This document shows positions 26,615 to 36,054 of a stretch of 64,000 nt of DNA, piece by piece. Each line of letters opens with the position of its first letter. Within the stretch, counting starts at the first letter, position 1. The stretch is from a virus (lineage: Duplodnaviria > Caudoviricetes): positions 1-64,000 of IMG/VR virus record IMGVR_UViG_3300013121_000007. One strand, given 5' to 3'. Both the position numbers and the translations under genes were made by a program. Below the pieces are notes generated by a model that was given only the letters and a program-made list of their open reading frames with translations, was not told the origin of the DNA and did not search any database.

Positions 26615-29600
26615 TTAGAACTCCGTCACTGATCTAAGAGTTTCCAAGTCCAGGTCTAAACCACCATCGTTGATACTTCTGATGACAGAAGCCAGCACCT
26701 CAGTTTGCCTCTGAATGGCCTTCACGATCGGAGAGGAAATCCCATCACCAGTCGTCTCACTTTCAACTTCATACTCCAGCCTTCCAATCGAAACTTCAGG
26801 TGACACGATCGAAGGTGCAACCGCAGTTGCTGGCTGTGGGGTGATAGAAGTGTAAGGTCCTAGCAACGAAGAGAACAGGTCATCCAGAGGAAACTTTGAC
26901 GCTACTGTAAGCAGCGTGTCTGTGAACGACCCCATGAGCGTCTCAGCCGCACCAACACCTGAAGCACTCAAAGTCTGGAACATCCCCCCTGTTCCGACAA
27001 AAGTGCTCGATGTACTTTCCCCGACAGCTTCGGCACTCTGCACAGCCGCGTCCACAACTGCGTCTGTAGGGTTCAAGCCAGATTCAGGTTGAACACCCCA
27101 CATGGACAACCACCAATCTGGTTGGTTGTTTACAGAAGAGACAGCGCCTTCCTGTGCGCCTTCTACCATTGCAACTGCTTCATCAGCACCTGCTTTAGAG
27201 ACACCTTCTGTGTCAATTTGTTGAGAGTCGTCAAGGCCCAACAACCATTTCATCCAACCAGGAATGTAGTCAAACCAGCCAAACATCCAGTCACTGAGCC
27301 ATTTCACTGAATCAGTCAGCCAACCAAGACTAAAGGTACTAGAAGCCTCCTCGCTAGAACCAAAAATCCAAGAGAACAACTCACCTACCAGACTAAGAGT
27401 ACCGGTCAGGATGCCAAACGGGTCCAATAGACTGAGTACAGCGGTGCCTAGGTACACGCACCAATCAACAGCCTCCGAAATCATGTCTGAAATTGGAGAC
27501 AACCAATCCCAAAAAGCAGCAGCTACTCTACTGATGGGTTCCCATAGCTCATAAACAGCCCACGTAAGTAGACCGATAGCGGCTGCAACACCAAGAACAA
27601 TCCAGGTGATTGGATTCGCCAGAAGAGCCGCAGCAAACGCCCACGCAGCCGTTGTAGCCGACATCAAGGATGGAATGATTCCGGACACAAAAACAACAAC
27701 TGAAGACCACCCCATTTTGATCCAGCTACCGAGAGCTTTGACGTTATCTAGGAGGCTCCCCTTCAGACCAAGCATAGAAGCGCCAGCCGCCCAGGTTGTC
27801 AGGATGTCATCCTTCGTCGTCTTGATCTTGTCTTTTAGCGACCCAATGAACTTGATAGTCGCCACTGTTGCAGCGGGAATCGCAGTTGCTGCATAGGCCA
27901 GCACAGCGGGAATCAGTAGGACACTAAGAGTGTATCCAAGAATTTCAGATACACCAATCGTAGAGTCAAGCCAGTTGTAAAGGCCCTCCAAAGGTTTGAG
28001 GATGGATATGACTACATCTAATCCATAGCTCAGCACAGAGAACACCCACTCAAGAGCCGTAGCTACTGAGGAGAGTACAACACCCAACACCTCAAACTGA
28101 ACATTGAGGTAGATACTCAGAACACGAGCCATGAGAGAAATCACAGGCATAAACGCCCGTAATACTGAACCCATTGACTCAAACAGAGGCAGAAGTCCGT
28201 CACCGATGCTACGAAGTACAAGGCCAATAGATTCAATGAACGGAGAGAGTGATTGAGTCACTGCATCAAAAGCAGGTCGAATAGACTCTTCCATGAAATC
28301 TACAAGTACGCGCATGAATGGTAGTAGCGCGTCGCCGATGATTTCAGAGAGCATATCCAGTGCTGGTCCAAATACTCGGTCAATGAGTTTGGACAACTGA
28401 ATAGCTGCTGTGAACTGACCAATAGGTGATTCAAATACCTCTTTCAGTTTTTCACCCAGGAACTCCGTAATACCCTTGGAAGCCCTTTCTCCCTGCTTCT
28501 GGTATACCGGCCAGAAAAATTTCTGGGCAGTGGAACTCATCTTGTCCCACCACGTTTGGTAGGCTCTTTTTTCTGAGGTGAACTGCTTCCGTAGCTTGCT
28601 GAAGAACTCTCTGTCAACATTCTTGTTAGCTGCGATTGGTTTCCAGAATTCCTCTGCAAGCGCCGCGTCACCAAGTTGGCTAACCAGATTCTTGACCAAC
28701 GGCTCTAAAGTTGCTTTGTCTGCGACCCGAAGTAGGTCCTGCACCTTGCGAATGTCTTCATCCTCTGCAGAGAAGAAACCATCCCAGACAGAAGCCGCGT
28801 CAGTAGCCTTAGCGAAAGCCTCTGCATTCTCAGCAAAGAACTCTTCAGCGGAGGTCTGCAGTCGTTTGTAAGCGTCTACAGTGTCACCTGCAAGTTTAGC
28901 CGCAGCAACCTTGCCACGATCCCCAAACTTCTCCATGCCGGGGACAAGCTCTTCATAGACAGTACGTCCTACCTTTGAGAGAGAAGCATCCAGGCCCTCA
29001 AAGGATTTTCTAAGCATGTTACGGGAAATCATCCCCGCATCGCCAATATCGTGCAAAGTACGTACATAAGCGCCAGCAGCAGAGTCTACCCCTTCAGTAG
29101 AAGCGACGACGTCATCAACTGCTTGCTTAGCAGCGTGAGCCTCTTCCTGAAAAGCCTGCCATTGTTCAAACTCAGGACCCTGCAGGTCGTGGATGTCATC
29201 ATTCAAGCTATCAACAGCATCCGTAACACTGTCGAGACCAGAGTCTACTGGCTCACTAATCTTGTCTCCCAGGCTTTTCAGGGCCTCCTCAATAGGATCA
29301 ACATCAGGAGGTTTGATTTCGATATCATCCAGCGCCTTCAGAGACTCCTCTACAGGAGAGACATCCGGTGCCTTGACCTCGATATCGCCAAGAGACTGCA
29401 ATGAAGTCCGAAGCTCACTGGACTTACCAGCAACAGCGTCAATAGCTGCTGTGACAAGACCCGCGAGCTTTCCAGAACCCTCCTCTAGAAAAACGAACGC
29501 GGCCTGCGCTGCATCGACAGCATCCTCTAGAGCCTTGGATGCCGCTGTAAAGTCATCGTGAGCCTTCCGAAGTTCTTCGGAGGCTTCGTTTCTAAACTCT

Positions 29601-29629
29601 AGCAGGAACCCGACTGCTTGGTCTGTCAC
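26615..29629 (-). CDS. Tape measure protein
   Basis: 1004 aa, helical Ala/Leu-rich; AAWAFAAALLANPITWIVLGVAAAI; periodic W/F repeats. Confidence 0.9.
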   Translation of the reverse strand: MTDQAVGFLLEFRNEASEELRKAHDDFTAASKALEDAVDAAQAAFVFLEEGSGKLAGLVTAAIDAVAGKSSELRTSLQSLGDIEVKAPDVSPVEESLKALDDIEIKPPDVDPIEEALKSLGDKISEPVDSGLDSVTDAVDSLNDDIHDLQGPEFEQWQAFQEEAHAAKQAVDDVVASTEGVDSAAGAYVRTLHDIGDAGMISRNMLRKSFEGLDASLSKVGRTVYEELVPGMEKFGDRGKVAAAKLAGDTVDAYKRLQTSAEEFFAENAEAFAKATDAASVWDGFFSAEDEDIRKVQDLLRVADKATLEPLVKNLVSQLGDAALAEEFWKPIAANKNVDREFFSKLRKQFTSEKRAYQTWWDKMSSTAQKFFWPVYQKQGERASKGITEFLGEKLKEVFESPIGQFTAAIQLSKLIDRVFGPALDMLSEIIGDALLPFMRVLVDFMEESIRPAFDAVTQSLSPFIESIGLVLRSIGDGLLPLFESMGSVLRAFMPVISLMARVLSIYLNVQFEVLGVVLSSVATALEWVFSVLSYGLDVVISILKPLEGLYNWLDSTIGVSEILGYTLSVLLIPAVLAYAATAIPAATVATIKFIGSLKDKIKTTKDDILTTWAAGASMLGLKGSLLDNVKALGSWIKMGWSSVVVFVSGIIPSLMSATTAAWAFAAALLANPITWIVLGVAAAIGLLTWAVYELWEPISRVAAAFWDWLSPISDMISEAVDWCVYLGTAVLSLLDPFGILTGTLSLVGELFSWIFGSSEEASSTFSLGWLTDSVKWLSDWMFGWFDYIPGWMKWLLGLDDSQQIDTEGVSKAGADEAVAMVEGAQEGAVSSVNNQPDWWLSMWGVQPESGLNPTDAVVDAAVQSAEAVGESTSSTFVGTGGMFQTLSASGVGAAETLMGSFTDTLLTVASKFPLDDLFSSLLGPYTSITPQPATAVAPSIVSPEVSIGRLEYEVESETTGDGISSPIVKAIQRQTEVLASVIRSINDGGLDLDLETLRSVTEF

Positions 29630-29632
29630 CGT

Positions 29633-29870
29633 CTAGCTCCGTTTCAGTAAGTTCGCTAGACCCTTGAACAGGACCTTGAACTTTGTCCTCTCCAAGTTGC
29701 CCTTGGCATTAGCACGTTCTTTGTCCCACTTTTGTGTTTGCTCGACTAACTCACGAACATCATTGAGTGTGAGTTGATCCGTGTACTCGAAGCTGACGTT
29801 CGCAACCATAGACAAGTAGAGTTGCTGCTTGAGTATCTCCTCACGATTGATCGACGTCCCCGCTCGGACG
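29633..29870 (-). CDS. Tail assembly chaperone C-terminal extension (probably reached by frameshift)
   Basis: Frame of ORF 29633..29815 is open upstream through GAG TTT TTT CGT of the preceding gene and reads REEILKQQLYLSMVANVSF; no well-spaced RBS for its own start. Confidence 0.55.
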
Positions 29871-30725
29871 AAAAAACTCTGAGTCGAACGGCATTCTCGT
29901 CTTGTATGTACATCCGCACCCAGGACAATTGGTGTCGATCATCATGTCGACACCAAACTCTTTCTTCTCCAGAGCATGTCTGAGAACAATCGAATCACCA
30001 CCAAGCATCTCTTCGACGTAATGCAGCCTCTTGACCGGATCAAGGTCAGCACCGTTGACAGAGACAATATGCTTTGCGAGTCGGTAGGTGTAAGCTGGGT
30101 CTCCAGCTTGGTAAGACCTCTGATACGCTTGCCGACTCCACCTTCTGATGTCGTTTTCGTCCTTCACTCTAAGCAGCTTGAATCGAAGCGTATCACCGGA
30201 CCTTGGGAGCGACACTTCCCAAGGTTCGCCATCATCCGTGTCATCCAGGCAACGGAGAATGAGACCCTGTGGAAGATCAATTCGATGGTGATACGCAAGC
30301 TCGCAGCGACTGCACTCCAACTGGAACTTGTAATCATTCCCGTAGGTCAGGTTCCGAATCATGAGCAACATGTAGAACATGTCTGGAACGAGAAGATCAT
30401 CATAAGCAACGGGGCAGTACACGAGGCATCTACGAATCAGTTCACCGATGATCTCCAGACGATCTTTCCCCTGTTGCTGAAGGATTTTCTCCTCTGACGT
30501 GGTCATCGGAGAGAGAACAACCTCACCACCCGGAAAATTGCCTCCGTACAGATGCCCTTGAGATGGACACCACGTTGTGTATGCGTACTTTCTGTCGTAC
30601 TTGATCTTTGACTGTTCCACCGGAACACGAACGGCAGCGTAGTCAGAAGCCGGCGCAAAAGAAGACCCAGAGTCACCAGACACGGCGACTTCCGGGTTCG
30701 TCAAAGTCTGCATTTCGCTACTCAT
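29841..30725 (-). CDS. Tail/baseplate assembly chaperone (T4 gp26-like)
   Basis: MTTSEEKIL, DLLVPD..Y.LL.IRNLTYG.DY, two CxxC, ends EFFRP; likely ATG at 30725. Confidence 0.8.
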   Translation of the reverse strand: MSSEMQTLTNPEVAVSGDSGSSFAPASDYAAVRVPVEQSKIKYDRKYAYTTWCPSQGHLYGGNFPGGEVVLSPMTTSEEKILQQQGKDRLEIIGELIRRCLVYCPVAYDDLLVPDMFYMLLMIRNLTYGNDYKFQLECSRCELAYHHRIDLPQGLILRCLDDTDDGEPWEVSLPRSGDTLRFKLLRVKDENDIRRWSRQAYQRSYQAGDPAYTYRLAKHIVSVNGADLDPVKRLHYVEEMLGGDSIVLRHALEKKEFGVDMMIDTNCPGCGCTYKTRMPFDSEFFRPSGDVDQS

Positions 30726-30774
30726 AGCTGATCCTCTCCACGGAAAGTGTACTTGCCTTCCCACGGCACTCACA

Positions 30775-30811
30775 GGATCAACTCACCTGCGAGCAAGCGG
30801 ATCAACTCACC
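30775..30811 (-). promoter_or_regulatory. Tandem motif GGTGAGTTGATCC x2 (24-nt period)
   Basis: Plus-strand ggatcaactcacc at 30775-30787 and 30799-30811, intergenic. Confidence 0.65.
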
Positions 30812-30816
30812 GCCCG

Positions 30817-30841
30817 GCCCCTGCTAAGACACGGCAGGGGC
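30817..30841 (-). terminator. GC-rich hairpin after tail tube gene (no U-tract)
   Basis: GCCCCTGC-9 nt-GCAGGGGC. Confidence 0.4.
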
Positions 30842-30860
30842 AAGCCATCCTGACAGTATA

Positions 30861-31376
30861 CTACGTAAGGCCTGCAGGGATAACCTTGTCGACGGAAATC
30901 GTGCACGACAGGTTGTTCCTCTCACCGGAGTCCATAGAAAAGTTCTCTGTGGACAGAGTTTTTGGCCAGCAGCCAATAACGGTCCAGGATCGCTTCAGAG
31001 TTCCATCAGGACCGTAGTAGTTGGCTGAGCCTTCCTTCTTGTAGGCGGAGGCCAGTCCGATCGCACCCGTCTGTGGGTTGTGAACGAGATTGAGCCATTT
31101 GTCGAACTCAGCCCATGTATCCTTATCACAGTAGTCGACAATGACCATTGTGGCGTCAGACACGGTCACGCGACCTGCGACCTTCCGGTCTTCATTCGCG
31201 TAGGGGATGACCACTTCCGAGATGCTTCTCGTTGGCGGAGTCCATTGAGAGAGTGACTTCTCAAGGATTTCCGCCGGGCCGAGATTGGCAAACCGAACTG
31301 TGAAGTGGTTCAGCCGCTGGGGTTCGTAACCGCCAGTCGCTGCTGCAATGTGGTCAGCCGTGAAATCGAAGGCCAT
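30861..31376 (-). CDS. Tail tube protein (gp19-like)
   Basis: YEPQRLNHF, IPYANEDRKVAGR, W.NLVHNPQTG.IGLASAYKK, W.VIGCWP; likely start MAFDF at 31376. Confidence 0.9.
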   Translation of the reverse strand: MAFDFTADHIAAATGGYEPQRLNHFTVRFANLGPAEILEKSLSQWTPPTRSISEVVIPYANEDRKVAGRVTVSDATMVIVDYCDKDTWAEFDKWLNLVHNPQTGAIGLASAYKKEGSANYYGPDGTLKRSWTVIGCWPKTLSTENFSMDSGERNNLSCTISVDKVIPAGLT

Positions 31377-31446
31377 ATCAGACTCCGTAGTGGGAGTGTT
31401 CGTATGAGGAGTGCAACCACCCACACGATTGGTTGTCAGAAACTGA

Positions 31447-32994
31447 TTAGCTTGCCGTTGTAGACAAGAATTCGTCGAAGTTGGCTCCCTGAGGCAGAAG
31501 TGCAAAGTTGACGTTGATGATCTCTGCAGTCTTCTGAGGCTTCAGCAGAATACGGCCGAGAGCTTCGTTGCGATCCCTGAGGGAATCCGGGTTTGTGGTC
31601 TCATCCATGATGACCTTGTAATCCCGCAGACCGCGACCAGCCTTGACTGTGCGGAGAAGAGGATTGATAAGGTTCTTGAAGTCATCCCACATCCGCTCAT
31701 CATTAGGCTCAAACGTCAGGTACATGACTGACGTAGCAATCGCCTTGCGGAGCATCAGAAGCATCCGGCGGACTGGAACACGATCAAGAGCCGTAGGCGA
31801 TCTCTGCAGAGTTCTGTCGCCCCAGATGACTGTGCCACTGCCGACAAACGACATGATAGGGTTGACGGCATTCACCCCGAACGTACCTGCCCGACCACCA
31901 TACATGTAGTCGCCCCCACCCTGTGAAGGGATGCGCTCAGTTTCCAGGACCTGTGGCAACTTCCCGCGCCGGAACCCAGCGGGAGCATACCACACGTCAT
32001 AGGCCTTGTCCGTGTAAGCGTACTGCTGCGCCGCAAACCCTGAGGGGGGTGCCCACACGCTTTCGTTGTTGTAGGAGTCGTAGACACGACACCAAGGCCA
32101 GTACATCGCACCGTAAGACGAGTTGAGACTGGACGTCGGATACTTGCTCGACCCACCGAGAACACCGTTGTGCCAGTCAACGATTTCGGTTTCATCCAAC
32201 CCGAACGGTGGATCAACCAGAGCGAAGCAATCCTGCCGAGACTCGCAGATGGCCAGAAGTTCTGCGATGACTGCACTGTCATCGACACCGGGAGCGCAGA
32301 TTGTATTGACGTCAACCTGCCGTGGGTCCGAGAACAGCTTCAAGCCAGTCCGTGTACTTCCGACGATTGTACCGACATAGTCAGAAGCATTGACGCCTGT
32401 GCCGTCAACACCTCCGGAGAAGTTGGTTGACCCAGCTTCAAGTGTTGTCTGACCAGCAGTCACGACAGCCGTCGCGTATGCCGACGATGCCATACGAGTT
32501 TCGATGAAGTCATCGTCATCGGATGGATTCAGTTTCACACTGTCGAACGTCTCGACGAGGTAGCCGTTCCATCTCAAGCGAACCGTATAGGTTCCCGCAA
32601 GGTTGCCTGCAGTGACTTCCGCAGACAAACCACTGGAGCCGTTGGCCCATGATCCGCTGCTGCTGGCTGTCAGTACGACGGCATCAGCAGAATCAGCAGA
32701 GTTTCTCAACGTTGCTGTAGCCGTCGCTTCGTCATAACCGGCTACACGCACAACCCACAGCAGATTGCCCTGACGCAGATACTGTTGCGCTGCGATAAGC
32801 CCCTTGTACTGCGCTCCGGGAAACCCGAAGGTGTTGATGAGTTGTTCTTCCGTGGAAACCAGCACCCGCTGGTTCACAGGACCTTTGGAGGCCGTCGTGA
32901 CGATAGCGAATGAGGTAGATGTCAGTGCCGGAAGATACAGCGAGAAGTCCTGTTCTTGCGTGTAGACTCCGGGGAACGTGAATGCGCCTGGCAT
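31447..32994 (-). CDS. Tail sheath protein
   Basis: PGVYTQEQDFS, KGPVN, SSYGAMYWPW, PPSG, WYAPAG..RG, VNPI, IWGDRTLQ..ALDRVPVRR, FEPND; likely start 32994. Confidence 0.96.
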   Translation of the reverse strand: MPGAFTFPGVYTQEQDFSLYLPALTSTSFAIVTTASKGPVNQRVLVSTEEQLINTFGFPGAQYKGLIAAQQYLRQGNLLWVVRVAGYDEATATATLRNSADSADAVVLTASSSGSWANGSSGLSAEVTAGNLAGTYTVRLRWNGYLVETFDSVKLNPSDDDDFIETRMASSAYATAVVTAGQTTLEAGSTNFSGGVDGTGVNASDYVGTIVGSTRTGLKLFSDPRQVDVNTICAPGVDDSAVIAELLAICESRQDCFALVDPPFGLDETEIVDWHNGVLGGSSKYPTSSLNSSYGAMYWPWCRVYDSYNNESVWAPPSGFAAQQYAYTDKAYDVWYAPAGFRRGKLPQVLETERIPSQGGGDYMYGGRAGTFGVNAVNPIMSFVGSGTVIWGDRTLQRSPTALDRVPVRRMLLMLRKAIATSVMYLTFEPNDERMWDDFKNLINPLLRTVKAGRGLRDYKVIMDETTNPDSLRDRNEALGRILLKPQKTAEIINVNFALLPQGANFDEFLSTTAS

Positions 32995-33017
32995 GTTGAT
33001 TCTTTCAGTGGGTCGAA

Positions 33018-33054
33018 GGATCAAATCACCTTCAACGGAACGGATCAAGTCACC
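33018..33054 (-). promoter_or_regulatory. Tandem motif GGTGANTTGATCC x2 (24-nt period)
   Basis: Plus-strand ggatcaaatcacc 33018-33030 and ggatcaagtcacc 33042-33054, in the sheath leader. Confidence 0.65.
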
Positions 33055-33057
33055 GTT

Positions 33058-33924
33058 CTACAGTGACAGACAAGGATTCCCGGTACTGAACCGCGAAGTC
33101 CTGTAGTCAGTTCCTGTATAGTCGTCATCGAACGACTGGTCTCCCTCTACAATCTCTCCTGTCTCTGGGTTGCCCTGCGCGACAGGATAATAACTTTCGA
33201 GTGTGCTGTCTTCGTAAGGATCGTCTGGACTGCACAAATTCTCAGGTGCCTCAACATTCACGTTGATTTTGTGCACCAGCTTTTGCTCAATGGGTGTTGG
33301 AGGCAGCCAACCTTCTACACGAAATGTGAGTGTCCATCGAAGGGACCTCTGAGACTCAACAGGCTCCAAATTTGTGTTGTCAGAGATTCCTTCCAGGAAA
33401 AATGGAACCCACTTCACCCCCATCGGAGTTCCGTGGTCAACCTGTCTGAAAGCCATACCCCCTTCTTCCCAGAGGGAGGCAAACTGGCCAATAGCCATTC
33501 GAGCTTCATACCGTGTCTTGGTCCATACCTCAACGCTGTATTGGAACGTGAAAGGAAGTGGGTGTGCGTGTGCTAAGGCAGACGTGTAGTCTGTTGTGTT
33601 CAGGGCTACTTTGCGGTAAAGAACCTTACGATAGAGATACCGTCTAGGGTCAAAGACAGTTTCCCCGATCTGCTGGATACTCAGGAACGGAAGTGGAATA
33701 CGAAAGTCTCTATCCTCAAGAATGTTCTTCTCGAACTTCTTTCGCATCACTGCCCAGGCGCGTTCTGGGGTAGCGAAGACAAGCGGAATTGGACGGTCTG
33801 TCGGCAACCCGGCAGCGTCAGTCAAACGCATGACATTGCAGAGGCGGGCTGCTGCCTTGTCATACGATTCGTAGTCCCACGCATATTGTCGGGGACTGTA
33901 TGTGACCGTCTCAAAATCAGCCAT
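33058..33924 (-). CDS. Tail terminator/sheath stabiliser (gp15-like)
   Basis: IPLVFATPERAW, IPLPFLSI, FDPRR, P.PFTFQYSVEVWTK, TFRVEGWL; position before sheath. Confidence 0.75.
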   Translation of the reverse strand: MADFETVTYSPRQYAWDYESYDKAAARLCNVMRLTDAAGLPTDRPIPLVFATPERAWAVMRKKFEKNILEDRDFRIPLPFLSIQQIGETVFDPRRYLYRKVLYRKVALNTTDYTSALAHAHPLPFTFQYSVEVWTKTRYEARMAIGQFASLWEEGGMAFRQVDHGTPMGVKWVPFFLEGISDNTNLEPVESQRSLRWTLTFRVEGWLPPTPIEQKLVHKINVNVEAPENLCSPDDPYEDSTLESYYPVAQGNPETGEIVEGDQSFDDDYTGTDYRTSRFSTGNPCLSL

Positions 33925-34435
33925 TCTTGGATACCAGACTTCGCCGAAAGTCAACTAGGATTTCTGTTCTTAGCTGACTGGTAACTGTCGGCAGGTCCCG
34001 AATGAAGATTCCCCAAGTTGGCCGCCAGTGTGGTCGTGCATAGGGCTTCTTACCATCCCTACGCCCGAACTCCATGATTCTGGCTAACTCTCTGAATGGC
34101 AAACCTGAGTTGTGTTCCTCATCGGGTACTTCAACTCGAAACAAGAGTCCGAACTCTGTTTCTTCCTGTTCAGACACCTGTAAAGACTCAACGTACTCCT
34201 TGGTGCGAATCAGAATGCGAGGGTCAAAACCCTGCGCAACCTTTCGTCGCAGGTACTCAGGACTAAGCGGATACCAGTTGTACTTTTGACCAAGAATGGC
34301 GTCCCGCAGTTCGCGGGTCAGTTGTTCGCATCGAAGTTTCAAGACTCTCGATGCAGCAGACTTGGCACTCTCTTCAAAAATCCGCACAAAGTCTTGATGG
34401 TACTGATACTGTGTACGGACTTTACGAACAGGCAT
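33917..34435 (-). CDS. Virion morphogenesis/neck protein (HK97 gp10-like)
   Basis: W.PLSPEY..RK, LARIMEFG, ARPHWRP. Confidence 0.7.
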   Translation of the reverse strand: MPVRKVRTQYQYHQDFVRIFEESAKSAASRVLKLRCEQLTRELRDAILGQKYNWYPLSPEYLRRKVAQGFDPRILIRTKEYVESLQVSEQEETEFGLLFRVEVPDEEHNSGLPFRELARIMEFGRRDGKKPYARPHWRPTWGIFIRDLPTVTSQLRTEILVDFRRSLVSKNG

Positions 34436-34538
34436 GTCTCCGTCCTTCTCTATACTGACGAACGCTGCACCTGAAAATTCTCAACGGCGCGCAGCGTACA
34501 AAACAGTCAGCGTCTGTAACACATTGACGTGTCTGGCA

Positions 34539-35180
34539 TTACGTCAAAGCATGTTCTGGGTTGAACGGATCAGCCCGCCAATCATCTGTCGAATCATCCA
34601 GAGATGGGTCTGCCGTGACGTTTGGACTCCATTTTGTGCAGGCAGCAACAAGAAACGTTGGGATTTCAGTGTTCCCGAAGAATTGATCCTCGTGGATCGT
34701 ACTGATTTCGTATAGGTGTCCCTGAAAGAAGATTCGATCGCCAATCACAACTTGAAACAGCAAGGGTCCCATATCCTTGGTATGTGGAACAGCGTCTTGC
34801 TCAGCACCATTGACAACCTCTTTGGCATTCAGTTGTACAACCAGTTCATGCTCTTCTAGAACCGGCAGCGCGAAGTAGGCGAGCAAGTCTCTCGGTTCAT
34901 CAATCCCAAAACGAGACAGTTCCTGTCTCTTCGGTTGCGCCTCAACATAGATTGGGATTTTGAAGTCAATCCACTCTCTGTTCAGCGGTATCACTTCCGA
35001 GTGGAGATCATCAATCAATGATGTAGACGGCGTCGACCTCTGCCTATACGTCAGAGTAGGGAAGCGTGTGATACCGTTTGGCATTATGTCAGTTGCGTAC
35101 TCATGCAACTGCATCATCATAGTTTCAAAGTCTGGAGAGAACTGCGAAAAGGATAGCGCAGTTACGAATGGAGTAGACAT
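34539..35180 (-). CDS. Head completion/neck protein (gp14-like)
   Basis: DDLHSE, LSRFGIDE.RD, IGDRIFF...LYEI; synteny. Confidence 0.65.
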   Translation of the reverse strand: MSTPFVTALSFSQFSPDFETMMMQLHEYATDIMPNGITRFPTLTYRQRSTPSTSLIDDLHSEVIPLNREWIDFKIPIYVEAQPKRQELSRFGIDEPRDLLAYFALPVLEEHELVVQLNAKEVVNGAEQDAVPHTKDMGPLLFQVVIGDRIFFQGHLYEISTIHEDQFFGNTEIPTFLVAACTKWSPNVTADPSLDDSTDDWRADPFNPEHALT

Positions 35181-35191
35181 ACGACTGAATC

Positions 35192-36007
35192 CTAACCGAA
35201 TTCAGGTAATGCAAAGAGAGGCAATTTTTGCAGTCTTTCCTCAACCTCTTGAACCAGCGCTTCGCCTCGCTGCCTCTGCGTATCAGCATCAGTTTGCGTA
35301 CCGCCGGTAGGTCCCGGAATCTGACTGCCAAACTTTCCACGAATCTCTGCAAGAATCTGTCGCGCATACCCCTCAGCGACCTTCAGAAAGTCATGGATGT
35401 AATTGCTAGGGAGTGAAGCCAATGTATGTGGGTAAGACTTCCAGTACGTCACTTCATACCCACCTCCCGGCATACTCAATACCAGTTTCTTCTGGTTGCC
35501 ATCCCACAGCCAATCTGGGTCTGTACCAGTAAGTCGTTGAATAGCTTCGCTCTGGTTACGGTAAAATGCGATATCTCCGTAACCTACTCTTCCTGCCGCA
35601 TCCATCTTTCCGTAACCGCTACCGTAGCCTCCGCCGTAATTGAATCCGCCCCCTTGAATTCTTGCTGTCAAAGAGAAGACGTCTTCACCACTGACTACAG
35701 AATCAGATGGTCGAAGGAACTCTACCCTGGCCACGCAAAGAAGCTCATCATCACTAGACAAGTCGATCGACTTATTCTCATCAGCCGATTCATCCAGATG
35801 AACAGCTTCTAATCGGAAGATGTACTTGTTGAACAAGTCTAGCGCTGTTTGGATGGCCTCAGATAGATGGTCATACTCACCAGAGGCAGACTGCTCTGAA
35901 AATTCAAGAACCCTACGTCCAGCGCCTAGGCGAGACTTGATTCGAGATTTCAGGTCTAGTTCAGTCTGAATCATGACAAGAATTTCACGGCCGTAAGAGG
36001 TAAACAA
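35192..36007 (-). CDS. Neck/head-tail adaptor (gp13-like)
   Basis: IKSRLG....LE, QILAEIRGKF..QIPGPTG. Confidence 0.75.
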   Translation of the reverse strand: MFTSYGREILVMIQTELDLKSRIKSRLGAGRRVLEFSEQSASGEYDHLSEAIQTALDLFNKYIFRLEAVHLDESADENKSIDLSSDDELLCVARVEFLRPSDSVVSGEDVFSLTARIQGGGFNYGGGYGSGYGKMDAAGRVGYGDIAFYRNQSEAIQRLTGTDPDWLWDGNQKKLVLSMPGGGYEVTYWKSYPHTLASLPSNYIHDFLKVAEGYARQILAEIRGKFGSQIPGPTGGTQTDADTQRQRGEALVQEVEERLQKLPLFALPEFG

Positions 36008-36054
36008 TCAGGAGTGTACCGATGCCCAATATGCGTACATCAACACGGCCGGTG

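Noticed and set aside
21306-33954. Extracellular contractile injection system or tailocin
   Set aside because: Contiguous with neck, gp23-like capsid and prohead protease genes, so it is a phage tail.
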